DNA of 64,000 nucleotides from an uncultured beta proteobacterium (GTDB lineage Bacteria; Pseudomonadota; Gammaproteobacteria; Burkholderiales; Burkholderiaceae_C): positions 4,600-68,599 of the forward strand of contig CAIPZV010000037.1 of the NCBI GenBank assembly GCA_903869595.1, given 5' to 3'. Under the pieces are notes generated by a model. That model was not told the DNA's origin. It saw only the letters and a list, made by a program, of their open reading frames with translations, and did not search any database. The number at the start of each line of letters is the position of its first letter. Position 1 is the stretch's first letter. Shown in pieces: positions 9,201 through 17,945 of this stretch. Position numbers and translations under genes: made by a program.

Positions 9201-11221
9201 GCCCGAGCCTCACTCGCTGCGCCGCCCTGCCCCGCGCTGCGGTGGGCGAGTATTTTTTGCTAGCCGTGGTGGCCTTGGTCATCGCGCCGCATGTCGTCCA
9301 ACTGCCTTTATGGTGCAGCACTTTTGTCGCACTGATGTTGCTGTGGCGCACCGGCGTGGCCAGCGGCGCTGTACCGCGCCCGGGGCGCGCGGTACTGGCG
9401 CTATTGCTGGTCTTGTCGGTGGCGGCTATCGGCCTGAACTTTCGCACGCTGGTAGGCACCGAAGCCAGCGTGACTTTGGTGGTAGTGCTCTTATCGCTCA
9501 AAGCCCTGGAGATGCATGCGCGGCGCGATATTTTTGTGGTGTTTTTTTTGGGCTTTTTTACCGTACTCACGCAGTTTTTAAATTCGCAGTCCTTGTTTAG
9601 TGTGGCGACCATGCTGCTGGGCACCTTGGGTTTACTCAGCACCCTGGTGATGGCCCATATGCCGGGCAGCGAACCGTCTCTGCGCGTCGCCCTGCGCACC
9701 GCCTGGAAAATGGCCGCTTGGGGCCTGCCGCTGATGGCGCTGCTGTTTGTGCTGTTTCCACGCATAGGCCCTTTGTGGGCCATCCCCGATGAAAAACCGC
9801 AGGCGCGCACCGGCCTGTCCGACAGCATGCCCGTGGGCAGTGTGGCCGAGCTGGCGCAGGACAGCCGCATTGCCATGCGCATCAGCTTTGACAAGGAGGC
9901 GCCGCCCGCCGAACAGCTGTATTTCCGCGCCCATGTGCTCTCGCAGTTTGACGGGCAGCAATGGACCAGTGACGATGTGCAAGCCCAGGCCCCAGCAGCG
10001 CGCGGCGATGTGCGCATTGAAGGCGCCATGGTGTCTTACGAGGTCAGTTTGGAGCCGCACGGCAAGACTTTTTTGCCCTTGCTCGATATCACGCCGATGG
10101 GGCCCAACAGCGAAGACATCACGGCGCAAAGCGGCGCGGACTTGCGCTGGCGCAGCCCGCAAGCGGTGCAAGAGCTGCTTCGCTACCACGCCACCAGTGC
10201 GACGCGCTATCGCTATGGTTTGCTGGAAAGCGCGCAATCCCTGGCAGCGCAAACCCGACTTCCTGCGGGCTTGAACCCGCGCCTGCTGGCCTGGGCCGCA
10301 GACATTCGCAAGCAGCCGCAGATGGCGGATGCCGATGCGCAAGGTTTGAGCGCCTATTTGCTGGCGCATTTGGCGCGTGGCAATTACCGCTATACCTTGC
10401 AGCCCGGCACCTATGGCCGCCACACGGCAGATGAATTTTGGTTTGACCGTAAAACCGGGTTTTGCGAGCACTTTGCATCGGCCTATGTGATTGCCATGCG
10501 CGCCATGGGCGTGCCGGCGCGTATCGTGACCGGTTACCAGGGTGCGGAACGCAATGGCGTGGATGGCATCTGGACGGTGCGCCAAAGCGATGCCCATGCC
10601 TGGGCCGAGTTCTGGCAGCAAGACCGAGGCTGGGTGCGCGTGGACCCGACGGCATCCAGCGCGCCCTATCGCTTAAACGAGACCGAGCGCCTGGGCGAGG
10701 CGCCAAGCGGGCTGGGCGGGGTCATAGGCAGCCTGAGCCCGGGCCTGTGGATACAGATGCGCGACAGCTGGGAGGCCATGAACCACCGCTGGAGCGCCTG
10801 GGTCACCAACTACGGTGGCAGCCAGCAATTGGAATTGCTGCGCCATATCGGCTTTGCTAGCCCTTCGCAAGAACAATTGGCTTATGTACTGGCCGCACTG
10901 CTGGGCTTGGCGGCGCTGGTGGGTGCGCTTTGGGCGCGCTGGCGGCAGCCGCCGGGCCAGGCCTGGCAACGATTGCACCGCCTGTTACTGCGTAAGTTGG
11001 CAGCTAGCGGCTTGCCTACCAGCGCGCACCAAAGCCCGCGGGCCTTGGCGCACGCCGTAGGCCAGGCCTTTGGCGATGTAGCCCAACCGGTCTGCGACTG
11101 GCTGCTGCGCCTGGAACGGGCCCGCTACCAGGCGCATGCAAGCACCGGCGCGCTAAGCGCTTTGGAACGCGAATTCAAGCGGCTTCCGTGGTCAATATTG
11201 CTGGCCCAAAAGCCTCGATAA
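9194..11221 (+). CDS. DUF3488/transglutaminase-like membrane protein (TgpA-like)
   Basis: Multi-TM N-terminus; GFCEHFAS, DAHAWAE and WVRVDPT catalytic C/H/D motifs. GTG start at 9194 inferred. Confidence 0.88.
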   Translation: MLSPSLTRCAALPRAAVGEYFLLAVVALVIAPHVVQLPLWCSTFVALMLLWRTGVASGAVPRPGRAVLALLLVLSVAAIGLNFRTLVGTEASVTLVVVLLSLKALEMHARRDIFVVFFLGFFTVLTQFLNSQSLFSVATMLLGTLGLLSTLVMAHMPGSEPSLRVALRTAWKMAAWGLPLMALLFVLFPRIGPLWAIPDEKPQARTGLSDSMPVGSVAELAQDSRIAMRISFDKEAPPAEQLYFRAHVLSQFDGQQWTSDDVQAQAPAARGDVRIEGAMVSYEVSLEPHGKTFLPLLDITPMGPNSEDITAQSGADLRWRSPQAVQELLRYHATSATRYRYGLLESAQSLAAQTRLPAGLNPRLLAWAADIRKQPQMADADAQGLSAYLLAHLARGNYRYTLQPGTYGRHTADEFWFDRKTGFCEHFASAYVIAMRAMGVPARIVTGYQGAERNGVDGIWTVRQSDAHAWAEFWQQDRGWVRVDPTASSAPYRLNETERLGEAPSGLGGVIGSLSPGLWIQMRDSWEAMNHRWSAWVTNYGGSQQLELLRHIGFASPSQEQLAYVLAALLGLAALVGALWARWRQPPGQAWQRLHRLLLRKLAASGLPTSAHQSPRALAHAVGQAFGDVAQPVCDWLLRLERARYQAHASTGALSALEREFKRLPWSILLAQKPR

Positions 11222-11340
11222 ACCTGCAGTTTTCAGGGTCTGGCGACTTGACTAAACTCGGCTTGTGCCGATGTTGGAGCACAGGCCCTGCATCCTTGCG
11301 GGCCTTGTAAAAAAACCATGCGTCCCAGACGCTAGATGCC

Positions 11341-11949
11341 ATGAACCTCACACTGGTATTGCTGATCATTTTCTTTCTTGTCGCCGTACTAGGCGCTGCC
11401 GTCTTTTATTACCTGACCTTGCAAAATCTGGCAGCGGTTAAGCGCGAAGTCCAAAAGCTGCGGGACCAGGCCGACGACGCAAGGGCCAGCGCTCTTTTGC
11501 GCAATGAGCGCGCGCGCTGCTACCAGCAACTTTTGGCCTTGGAAGCAGACATCCAGGCCCGCCAACGCGATAGCCTGAGCAATGAAGAAACTGCGATGGT
11601 GGAGCTCAACCGAGAAGAAATTCAGAACTGTGTCAACGCCCTGAAAAAATCCGGCAACTGGATGGGACTGCCCTTTGATCTGGAGTGGCAAGACATGTGG
11701 GATAAGCTGCCGCAGCTCAAAAACCTGTACCGAGCCAGCGTCATGCAGCAAGACTTTGAACCAGGCTTCATCTCGCCTTCAACTTCAGCGGGCGACACGC
11801 TTGACAATCCAGTGACCCATGCTGCACCCGCTGCAGTTGCGCCGACCCGCCCTGCGGCGGCAACGAGCGTCCCAGAACAGGCGCAGACCGCACCGCAGGA
11901 CAATTCCAAGGTGATGGCCGCTGCGATGAAAAATATGATGCGGGGCTAA
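11341..11949 (+). CDS. hypothetical protein (N-terminal TM helix plus coiled coil)
   Basis: Hydrophobic residues 4-25 followed by a helical region; no family recognised. Confidence 0.65.
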   Translation: MNLTLVLLIIFFLVAVLGAAVFYYLTLQNLAAVKREVQKLRDQADDARASALLRNERARCYQQLLALEADIQARQRDSLSNEETAMVELNREEIQNCVNALKKSGNWMGLPFDLEWQDMWDKLPQLKNLYRASVMQQDFEPGFISPSTSAGDTLDNPVTHAAPAAVAPTRPAAATSVPEQAQTAPQDNSKVMAAAMKNMMRG

Positions 11950-11954
11950 AGCTT

Positions 11955-12461
11955 ATGTCGACAACAACATCCATCCGACGGGCGCTATTAGGCGCGCTGC
12001 TGTTAGCTAGTGCGGCCCATGCCGGCATGTGGGAAGACGGCTATGCCGACTACCAACGCAAGGACTATGCAGCTGCGGTCGCCAAGTGGCAAATCGTCGC
12101 CGATACCGGAGACCGGGAGGCGCAGTCTTTGTTGGGCATGATGCATTTATTCGGCCAAGGTACACCACAAAGTTACCCTAAGGCCATGGTGTGGCTGCGC
12201 CGCGCTGCCGCACAAGGCGAGCCCAAGGCACAATTTCATCTAGGTACCATGTATGCCAGCGGCCAAGGCTATAAAGCCCAAGGTTTGGAGCGTGATTACC
12301 AAAAGGCGGCTATGTGGTTCATCATTGCCGAGCAGTCGGGGCATCCAGAGGCGGGCAAGTCGCTGAAAAAAGTGACTCCCGAGATCAGCGAGACGGATTT
12401 GGTGATTGCGCGCCGCTGGGCCAAGACCTGCATCAAGCGCGAATTCAAGGGCTGCGAATAA
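11955..12461 (+). CDS. secreted Sel1-like repeat protein
   Basis: Signal-peptide-like N-terminus (RRALLGALLLASAAHA) and 2-3 Sel1 repeats (AQSLLGMMHLFGQG, AQFHLGTMYASGQG). Confidence 0.85.
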   Translation: MSTTTSIRRALLGALLLASAAHAGMWEDGYADYQRKDYAAAVAKWQIVADTGDREAQSLLGMMHLFGQGTPQSYPKAMVWLRRAAAQGEPKAQFHLGTMYASGQGYKAQGLERDYQKAAMWFIIAEQSGHPEAGKSLKKVTPEISETDLVIARRWAKTCIKREFKGCE

Positions 12462-12492
12462 GACTGGACGACGGGCTCGTGCAGCAAGACTC

Positions 12493-13503
12493 TTATTCTT
12501 TTTTGACCGTGATGCTCATGCGCCGGTTACGCGCGTCTTTGGGGTCATTGGGGTTATAGGGCACGGTATCGGCCACGCCCTCGATCTGCACAAAACGGTC
12601 TTGTTTGATGCCGTTTTTCTCGAGCACCGAGCGCGTCGCTTCGGCGCGTTCGACGGATAGAAGCCAGTTGTTGCGCCCGTCTTTGTTGGCAAAAGGCGTG
12701 GCGTCGGTATGGCCGCGCACGGCAATTTTGTTGGGCATGCCCGCCAGCGATTTGGCGATTTCCCCTAACAAGGCCTGCGCCTTGGGCTGCAGCTTGGTCG
12801 TGCCCAGTGGGAACATAGAGAAGTCCGCTTTGTCGATGACCTCAATGCGCAAGCCGTCTTTGTCGCGGACGAATTGCACCTGTCCTTGCAACTGCTCCAG
12901 CGCCGGGTTCGACGCCATCGCCTCTTTAACGTCTTTTTCCATCTGGTCCATTTTTCCTTTTTCACCGCCCTGCCCGGTGCCGGTACCGCCGCCCTCGCCT
13001 TCGCCGGTTCCGGGCGACTGGTTCTGGGTTTTGGCGTCGTTATCGCGCGCGTTTTCGCTATTGGGTGAAGGGTCGTTTTCCGTGGGGCCACCCTCCGACT
13101 TGGGCGTCAGCCGCTCCATGAGGCCGGTTTGCTTGGCGGTGTAAGGAAAGCCGTCCGGGTCGATGATGGAGCGTCCGCCCATGATGCCGTTGGAGCCGGC
13201 CAGCGCGCCCATGGTGATGGCGCTTTGCGAGGCGGGCTTGAAATAATCCGCGACACTTTTGCGCTGCGAATCGTTGGTGGCGCCCAAAATCCACATCAAC
13301 AAGAAGAAGGCCATCATCGCCGTCATCATGTCGGCAAGCGCAATTTTCCAACCACCGCCATGTGCACCCGCGTGCGCGGCGGCAATCTTTTTGACAATAA
13401 TCGGAGCAAGCGGCGCGTCCTCTTCTGGCGCCGCAACATCTTCGGCGCCCGGCGCCGCAGCACCTGCGGGGACTTCTTCTTCCTTCGGCGCTTCAGTGGC
13501 CAT
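12493..13503 (-). CDS. motB: flagellar stator protein MotB
   Basis: WKIALADMMTAMMAFFLLMW TM segment with the conserved Asp; OmpA-like domain (GHTD, NWLLSVERA, RNRR). Confidence 0.95.
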   Translation of the reverse strand: MATEAPKEEEVPAGAAAPGAEDVAAPEEDAPLAPIIVKKIAAAHAGAHGGGWKIALADMMTAMMAFFLLMWILGATNDSQRKSVADYFKPASQSAITMGALAGSNGIMGGRSIIDPDGFPYTAKQTGLMERLTPKSEGGPTENDPSPNSENARDNDAKTQNQSPGTGEGEGGGTGTGQGGEKGKMDQMEKDVKEAMASNPALEQLQGQVQFVRDKDGLRIEVIDKADFSMFPLGTTKLQPKAQALLGEIAKSLAGMPNKIAVRGHTDATPFANKDGRNNWLLSVERAEATRSVLEKNGIKQDRFVQIEGVADTVPYNPNDPKDARNRRMSITVKKE

Positions 13504-13505
13504 GC

Positions 13506-14369
13506 TTACTTCCCGCGCAGCCCGTCAAATACTTCGGCAAAACTCGGTTGGTTGTGGTGGCTGATACAGACGCGCGCGGCTTCCAAAATCAGCGGCATGG
13601 GGTGACCGTGTAGGGTGCCGACAATGATTTGCTTGACGACACCGTACATACAGGCCTCGTCTTCAATGATTTGTTCCAGGCGCTTGGCAAAGGGCTCGAA
13701 AAATCCGTAGGCCAAAAACACGCCGATAAACGTTCCCACCAGCGCCGCGCCCACCAGACCACCCAAAATCGCTGGAGGTTGGTCGATGTTGTCCATGGTC
13801 TTCACCACACCCATCACGCAAGACACAATGCCCAGCGCGGGCAAGGCACCGGCCAGCGTCGAAATGGCGGCCGAGGCCTTCAGTTCGTCGTGGTGGTGGG
13901 TTTTGATGGCGCTGTCCATGATCTCTTCGACCGCCATGGTGCTGATCGTGCCCTGGGACACAACCATCAAGCGGACAGTGTCACAAATCAGGTGTAGCAG
14001 GGCGTGGTCAGCGATGATTTTGGGATATTCGCCGAAAATCGCGCTCGAATCTGGGTTCTCGATATGGGCTTCCAGGGCCACGGCGCCCTCGGTTTTGAGC
14101 GTTTTCATCACCTTGGACACGCAAAAAATCGTGTTCAAGTAGTCGTCTTTGTGGTACTTGGCGCCCTTGAAGGTGCGGCCAATGCCAGCAAACACCGCTT
14201 TGACCACGTCCGGGCTATTGCCAATAAACATGCCGCCCAGGGCGGAGCCAAAAATACACCATCCTTCAATGGGCGCAGCGTGGATAAACGGCGCCATGCT
14301 ACCGCCGCCCACAATAAAGCTGCCAAAAACGCAGACATTCAAGAACACAATCCCGAAAATGCCAAACAT
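13506..14369 (-). CDS. motA: flagellar stator protein MotA
   Basis: LEAHIENP and LPALGIVSCVMGVV...ALVGTFIGVFLAYG motifs; ATG at 14369. Confidence 0.93.
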   Translation of the reverse strand: MFGIFGIVFLNVCVFGSFIVGGGSMAPFIHAAPIEGWCIFGSALGGMFIGNSPDVVKAVFAGIGRTFKGAKYHKDDYLNTIFCVSKVMKTLKTEGAVALEAHIENPDSSAIFGEYPKIIADHALLHLICDTVRLMVVSQGTISTMAVEEIMDSAIKTHHHDELKASAAISTLAGALPALGIVSCVMGVVKTMDNIDQPPAILGGLVGAALVGTFIGVFLAYGFFEPFAKRLEQIIEDEACMYGVVKQIIVGTLHGHPMPLILEAARVCISHHNQPSFAEVFDGLRGK

Positions 14370-14448
14370 AGTCGTTCCCAAAAGGACGGTTTGCTGAGCC
14401 CAAGGCTACCCGCAAACCTGTAAAGGCCACACAAAGGTGGCCCGCAAA

Positions 14449-14483
14449 AAATTTCACCTGGCGGCCGACCCTGTCGGGCCGCC
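14449..14483 (-). terminator. possible intrinsic terminator after fliS
   Basis: Hairpin GGCGGCC-GAC-CCT-GTC-G-GGCCGCC (14460-14483) followed on the minus strand by a short spacer and a T-run. Confidence 0.4.
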
Positions 14484-14494
14484 AACACCCCCGC

Positions 14495-14989
14495 TCAGTG
14501 CAACTGCGCTTGCTGGGGCAAAAGCGTGGGCAACTGCGCCCAAGCTGACCGGATTTCCGACATCAGGTGCTGAACTTCCTTCAATGCGTCCATATCATTG
14601 TGCGCATTGGCGAAAATCAGACGCCTGGTGACGTAGTTGTATAAATCATTCAAGTTTTGTGCCAACTCGCCGCCGCGGTTGAAGTCCAAGGCGCCTTGGA
14701 GACCTACCACGATCCGGCTGGCACGAGAAATGGCCTTGCCTTTTTCCTGGATCTTGCCATGGGTCAAATGCCCTTGAGCCTGGGAAACGCTATCGACCAG
14801 GCCGTCAAACAGCATCTGGATCAGGGCCACGTTATTGGCCACGGAAGCCTGGGAAGCCAGGTTGTCAGAGCCGTAAGACTCCATCGCTTTAAAGTGAACT
14901 CGCATAAGTGAATCTCCTACTGGGTTGCTGTACACAGTAGACATCGACGAGCCACGTAAAAACTTGAGGCTTGGAGTAACGTCCGTCAT
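14495..14989 (-). CDS. fliS: flagellin chaperone FliS
   Basis: LIQMLFDG, ISRASRIVVGLQGALDFNRGGELAQNLNDLYNY and EIRSAW. Start could be 14944. Confidence 0.92.
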   Translation of the reverse strand: MTDVTPSLKFLRGSSMSTVYSNPVGDSLMRVHFKAMESYGSDNLASQASVANNVALIQMLFDGLVDSVSQAQGHLTHGKIQEKGKAISRASRIVVGLQGALDFNRGGELAQNLNDLYNYVTRRLIFANAHNDMDALKEVQHLMSEIRSAWAQLPTLLPQQAQLH

Positions 14990-14993
14990 GAAA

Positions 14994-15743
14994 TTAATCT
15001 CTGGACTTGGACTTAGGCGGGGATTTGGCCTTCCCCTCTATCCCCAGGGAAACCCTGAGCTTCTTAACAATACCGCTTAAAAGTTGGCTGACGCGGGACT
15101 CGGTCACGTCCAAAACTTCGCCAATTTCCTTTAAGTTGAGCTCCTCCACATAGTAGAGGGACATCAAAAGCTGGTCGCGCTCCGGTAACTCGGCAATCGC
15201 GTCGGTTACGGCACGCATGAAATCCTGATGCTCAACGATGGCATCGGGTTGGCGCGACTTTTCGTCAGCAATACCTAGTACCTCGTCGTTAATCACTTCC
15301 ATAGAAAGCGTCTCAAAGCGCTTGGCGTTACCGCGTTTTTTCTGGAATTCCTCCAGATCATCGCCCATGTGCTCGGCCAATTCGCTCTGGGTGGGCGTGC
15401 GGCCCAGCTCGCTGGCAAGAAAATGGATGGCCTCGTTCTCGGATTTGTTAAAAGCCACCGCCGAGCGCGGCAAATAGGACAACTGGCGCACTTCGTCCAG
15501 AATGGCGCCGCGCACCCGGCTGAGGGCAAAACTCTCAAATTCGATGCCTTTGGTCGGGTCAAAGGCCCGCGCAGCCTCTAAAAGGCCAATCATCCCCACC
15601 TGCATCAGCTCATCGAGCTCCATAAATGGGGGGATACGCACCTTCAGATGCAAAGCCACCCGTTTGACCATGCCCAGATGGGCCATGACCAGCGCCTCGC
15701 TAGCGTCATGAACCTCATCGTAGAGCTTGGTGGCGGTGGCCAT
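14994..15743 (-). CDS. fliA: flagellar sigma factor sigma28
   Basis: ELMQVGMIGLLEAA, RVRGAILDEVR and LKEIGEVLDVTESRVSQ motifs. Confidence 0.95.
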   Translation of the reverse strand: MATATKLYDEVHDASEALVMAHLGMVKRVALHLKVRIPPFMELDELMQVGMIGLLEAARAFDPTKGIEFESFALSRVRGAILDEVRQLSYLPRSAVAFNKSENEAIHFLASELGRTPTQSELAEHMGDDLEEFQKKRGNAKRFETLSMEVINDEVLGIADEKSRQPDAIVEHQDFMRAVTDAIAELPERDQLLMSLYYVEELNLKEIGEVLDVTESRVSQLLSGIVKKLRVSLGIEGKAKSPPKSKSRD

Positions 15744-15748
15744 GGAGC

Positions 15749-16567
15749 TCAGTCCTGGTGCCGGACCAGGCGCTCGACAAAAAACTGCATGCCGCCGGAG
15801 AAGTTGGCAATCGGGGGCATTTGAGTGATGGACTTGGCCAAACGCTTAAAGTCGCGGGCGCTGTTGCTGCGCGGGGCAAATTCAAGCACAGGCTCGTATT
15901 TTTTATGCGCCGCCAGGATGGCGTCGTCGTTTTCAATCGAGCCTAGGTAGCGGGTGGTGAAATTGAGAAACTGGGCGCACACTTGGTTAATGCGCCGATA
16001 CAAGTTTTGCCCGTCGGCCTGGCTATTGACCGCGTTGGGCACGATGTAAATCTCGTTCAGGTCGTAATCCTGAATCAATACCTTAATGGTTCCGTAGGCG
16101 TCGGCAATCGAAGACGGGTCATCCCGCACCACGATGTAGCGGCGCTGGCAGGCACCCATAAAGGTGAGGACCGTGGGCGAAATACCAGCGGCCATGTCCA
16201 CGATCAAGTAGTCGATTTCGTCTTCCAGGGCACTAAAGGACTGGACGATGCGCGAAGCCTGCACCCGGGTGAGCGAGGCCAGCTCTTTCACACCGGAAGC
16301 ACCTGGCACCAGCATGACGCCATGGCGCGAGGTGACGATAATTTCCTGTAAGGTCTTTTGCCCACTCATAAAGTGGCTCAAATTGAAGGGGCAGACGCAG
16401 CCTAGGGCGATTTGGGCATTGGCCAGGCCCATATCGGCATCAAACAACATGACGCGGTGGCCCATCATGCGCAGCGCAATCGCCAAATTAACGGCCACGG
16501 TCGTCTTACCGACGCCGCCTTTGCCGCTGGCGATGCCGATCACCTCGGTACGAGCAGTTTTAGTCAT
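15749..16567 (-). CDS. flhG: MinD-like flagellar number regulator FlhG/FleN
   Basis: SGKGGVGKT and DADMGLAN motifs; located between flhF and fliA. Confidence 0.93.
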   Translation of the reverse strand: MTKTARTEVIGIASGKGGVGKTTVAVNLAIALRMMGHRVMLFDADMGLANAQIALGCVCPFNLSHFMSGQKTLQEIIVTSRHGVMLVPGASGVKELASLTRVQASRIVQSFSALEDEIDYLIVDMAAGISPTVLTFMGACQRRYIVVRDDPSSIADAYGTIKVLIQDYDLNEIYIVPNAVNSQADGQNLYRRINQVCAQFLNFTTRYLGSIENDDAILAAHKKYEPVLEFAPRSNSARDFKRLAKSITQMPPIANFSGGMQFFVERLVRHQD

Positions 16568-16585
16568 TCTTTTCCAGCGAAATTC

Positions 16586-17890
16586 TCAATTGAAGGGCCC
16601 GCGCATACCCCGGGGGCTTGCAGGCGAAAACAGGCGTGGCGACGGCGGCGGCAATTTCACCGAGAGGGGTTTGGAAACCTGGATCGGGGCGATGGCTGTA
16701 ATCGGGCCAATGGTCTCGGGCGCCCGCGAAAGCTGGGCCAGGGCCATTTCTACCAACGAAGCTGCACTCAAATCCCGCCTCAAAGCCCCCAACTGGGCTC
16801 CATCGCTCGCTGCGGATAGCGGCAGAAAATTATCGCAGAGAAACTCCACCAAGGGCCAGGGCTGGACCGATTCATCCAATTTACTCACCATGAGGCTATT
16901 CCAACGAACACCAGAGCTGCGCAAAGCGCGGCGCAAGGTGGCCGTAGAGGCGTCGGCGGCCACCAAGGCGTGGGTGGAACAAGTGGGACATACCGCCTGG
17001 ATTTCCATGATCCGCTCGGCCATGTGGGTGCCGCAGGTGTCTATAAGCACCAGGCTGCGCGCGCTCAACTGGGCCAGCAGCGCGCTCAGGGCGGCACCAC
17101 TATCGGCACGGAAACACTCGATGCCAGCTTGGTTAGCCAGGGCCTGTGTCTGGGCCCAAGCGCCTACGCGCTCGTCGCGGTAGCTAATGATGGCCACTCT
17201 GGCCGCTGCCTGCTGGGCGGCAGCCTCGCGTGCCAGGCGTACCACCATGGTGGTTTTACCCGAACCGGATGGACCGGCTATGAGATGAATACCGGACTGA
17301 GGCAGCTCCATGCTGGGCCGTTGGGACACCTGCTCCAGTTGGTTACGCACCGCCATCAAGGCTTCGTGCTCGCTGCGCATGTCTTTAACGGTGTCGAGCA
17401 ACAAAGTGCGCAGCCCGCCGGGCATGCCGGCGCGAGTGAAGGACGCGATCAACTCTTCCACCTCGGGAGTCATCTGCTGCCCGTGGCTCCAGACCGGTGC
17501 TTGCTGGGTCTGCTGGAATTCGCGCCGCAAGGCGGCCAGTTCCTCGCGGATCAAGTCCATCATTTCACGACTGGCAAAGTCCTCACGCTCTAGGGCTTTG
17601 CGCTGCACCAGCGGTAAGGACTGCGCGGGCGCGGGGGTCTTTGCGACCTGTGCCTGTCCTTTAGGCTGGGTTTGGGCCTGGGCGAAATGGCGCTTGAAAT
17701 CGCTAGCAGTCTCGCTGGGCTTGGGGGCAGCGAAAGGTTCGGCGGATTCTTCGATATCGATAGCCACCACCAGCTCGGTTTGTCCGCCCACCATGTGGTT
17801 GGAAATCACCAGGACGTTACGACCATACAAGGCCATAGCCTTTTCGGTGGCACTTTTGGTGTCATGAGCGAGTATGCGTTTGAGTTCCAT
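16586..17890 (-). CDS. flhF: SRP-family GTPase FlhF
   Basis: GPSGSGKTT, DTCG and SKLDE motifs; N-terminal ATEKAMALYG B-domain. Confidence 0.9.
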   Translation of the reverse strand: MELKRILAHDTKSATEKAMALYGRNVLVISNHMVGGQTELVVAIDIEESAEPFAAPKPSETASDFKRHFAQAQTQPKGQAQVAKTPAPAQSLPLVQRKALEREDFASREMMDLIREELAALRREFQQTQQAPVWSHGQQMTPEVEELIASFTRAGMPGGLRTLLLDTVKDMRSEHEALMAVRNQLEQVSQRPSMELPQSGIHLIAGPSGSGKTTMVVRLAREAAAQQAAARVAIISYRDERVGAWAQTQALANQAGIECFRADSGAALSALLAQLSARSLVLIDTCGTHMAERIMEIQAVCPTCSTHALVAADASTATLRRALRSSGVRWNSLMVSKLDESVQPWPLVEFLCDNFLPLSAASDGAQLGALRRDLSAASLVEMALAQLSRAPETIGPITAIAPIQVSKPLSVKLPPPSPRLFSPASPRGMRGPFN

Positions 17891-17945
17891 GGTACTGGTT
17901 CCGCAATAAATAATAAGGGGTGGGTGTCAGGCTGGCGCGCGGGGC

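Noticed and set aside
7324-11221. MoxR/DUF58/transglutaminase triad as a novel conflict system
   Set aside because: This is a widespread, already described MoxR-proper arrangement with host-typical composition.
14385-14450. GCAAACC...CGCAAAA resembling a c-di-GMP-I riboswitch near the motA start
   Set aside because: The better match is antisense to motA, and the GAAA tetraloop and second stem are absent.
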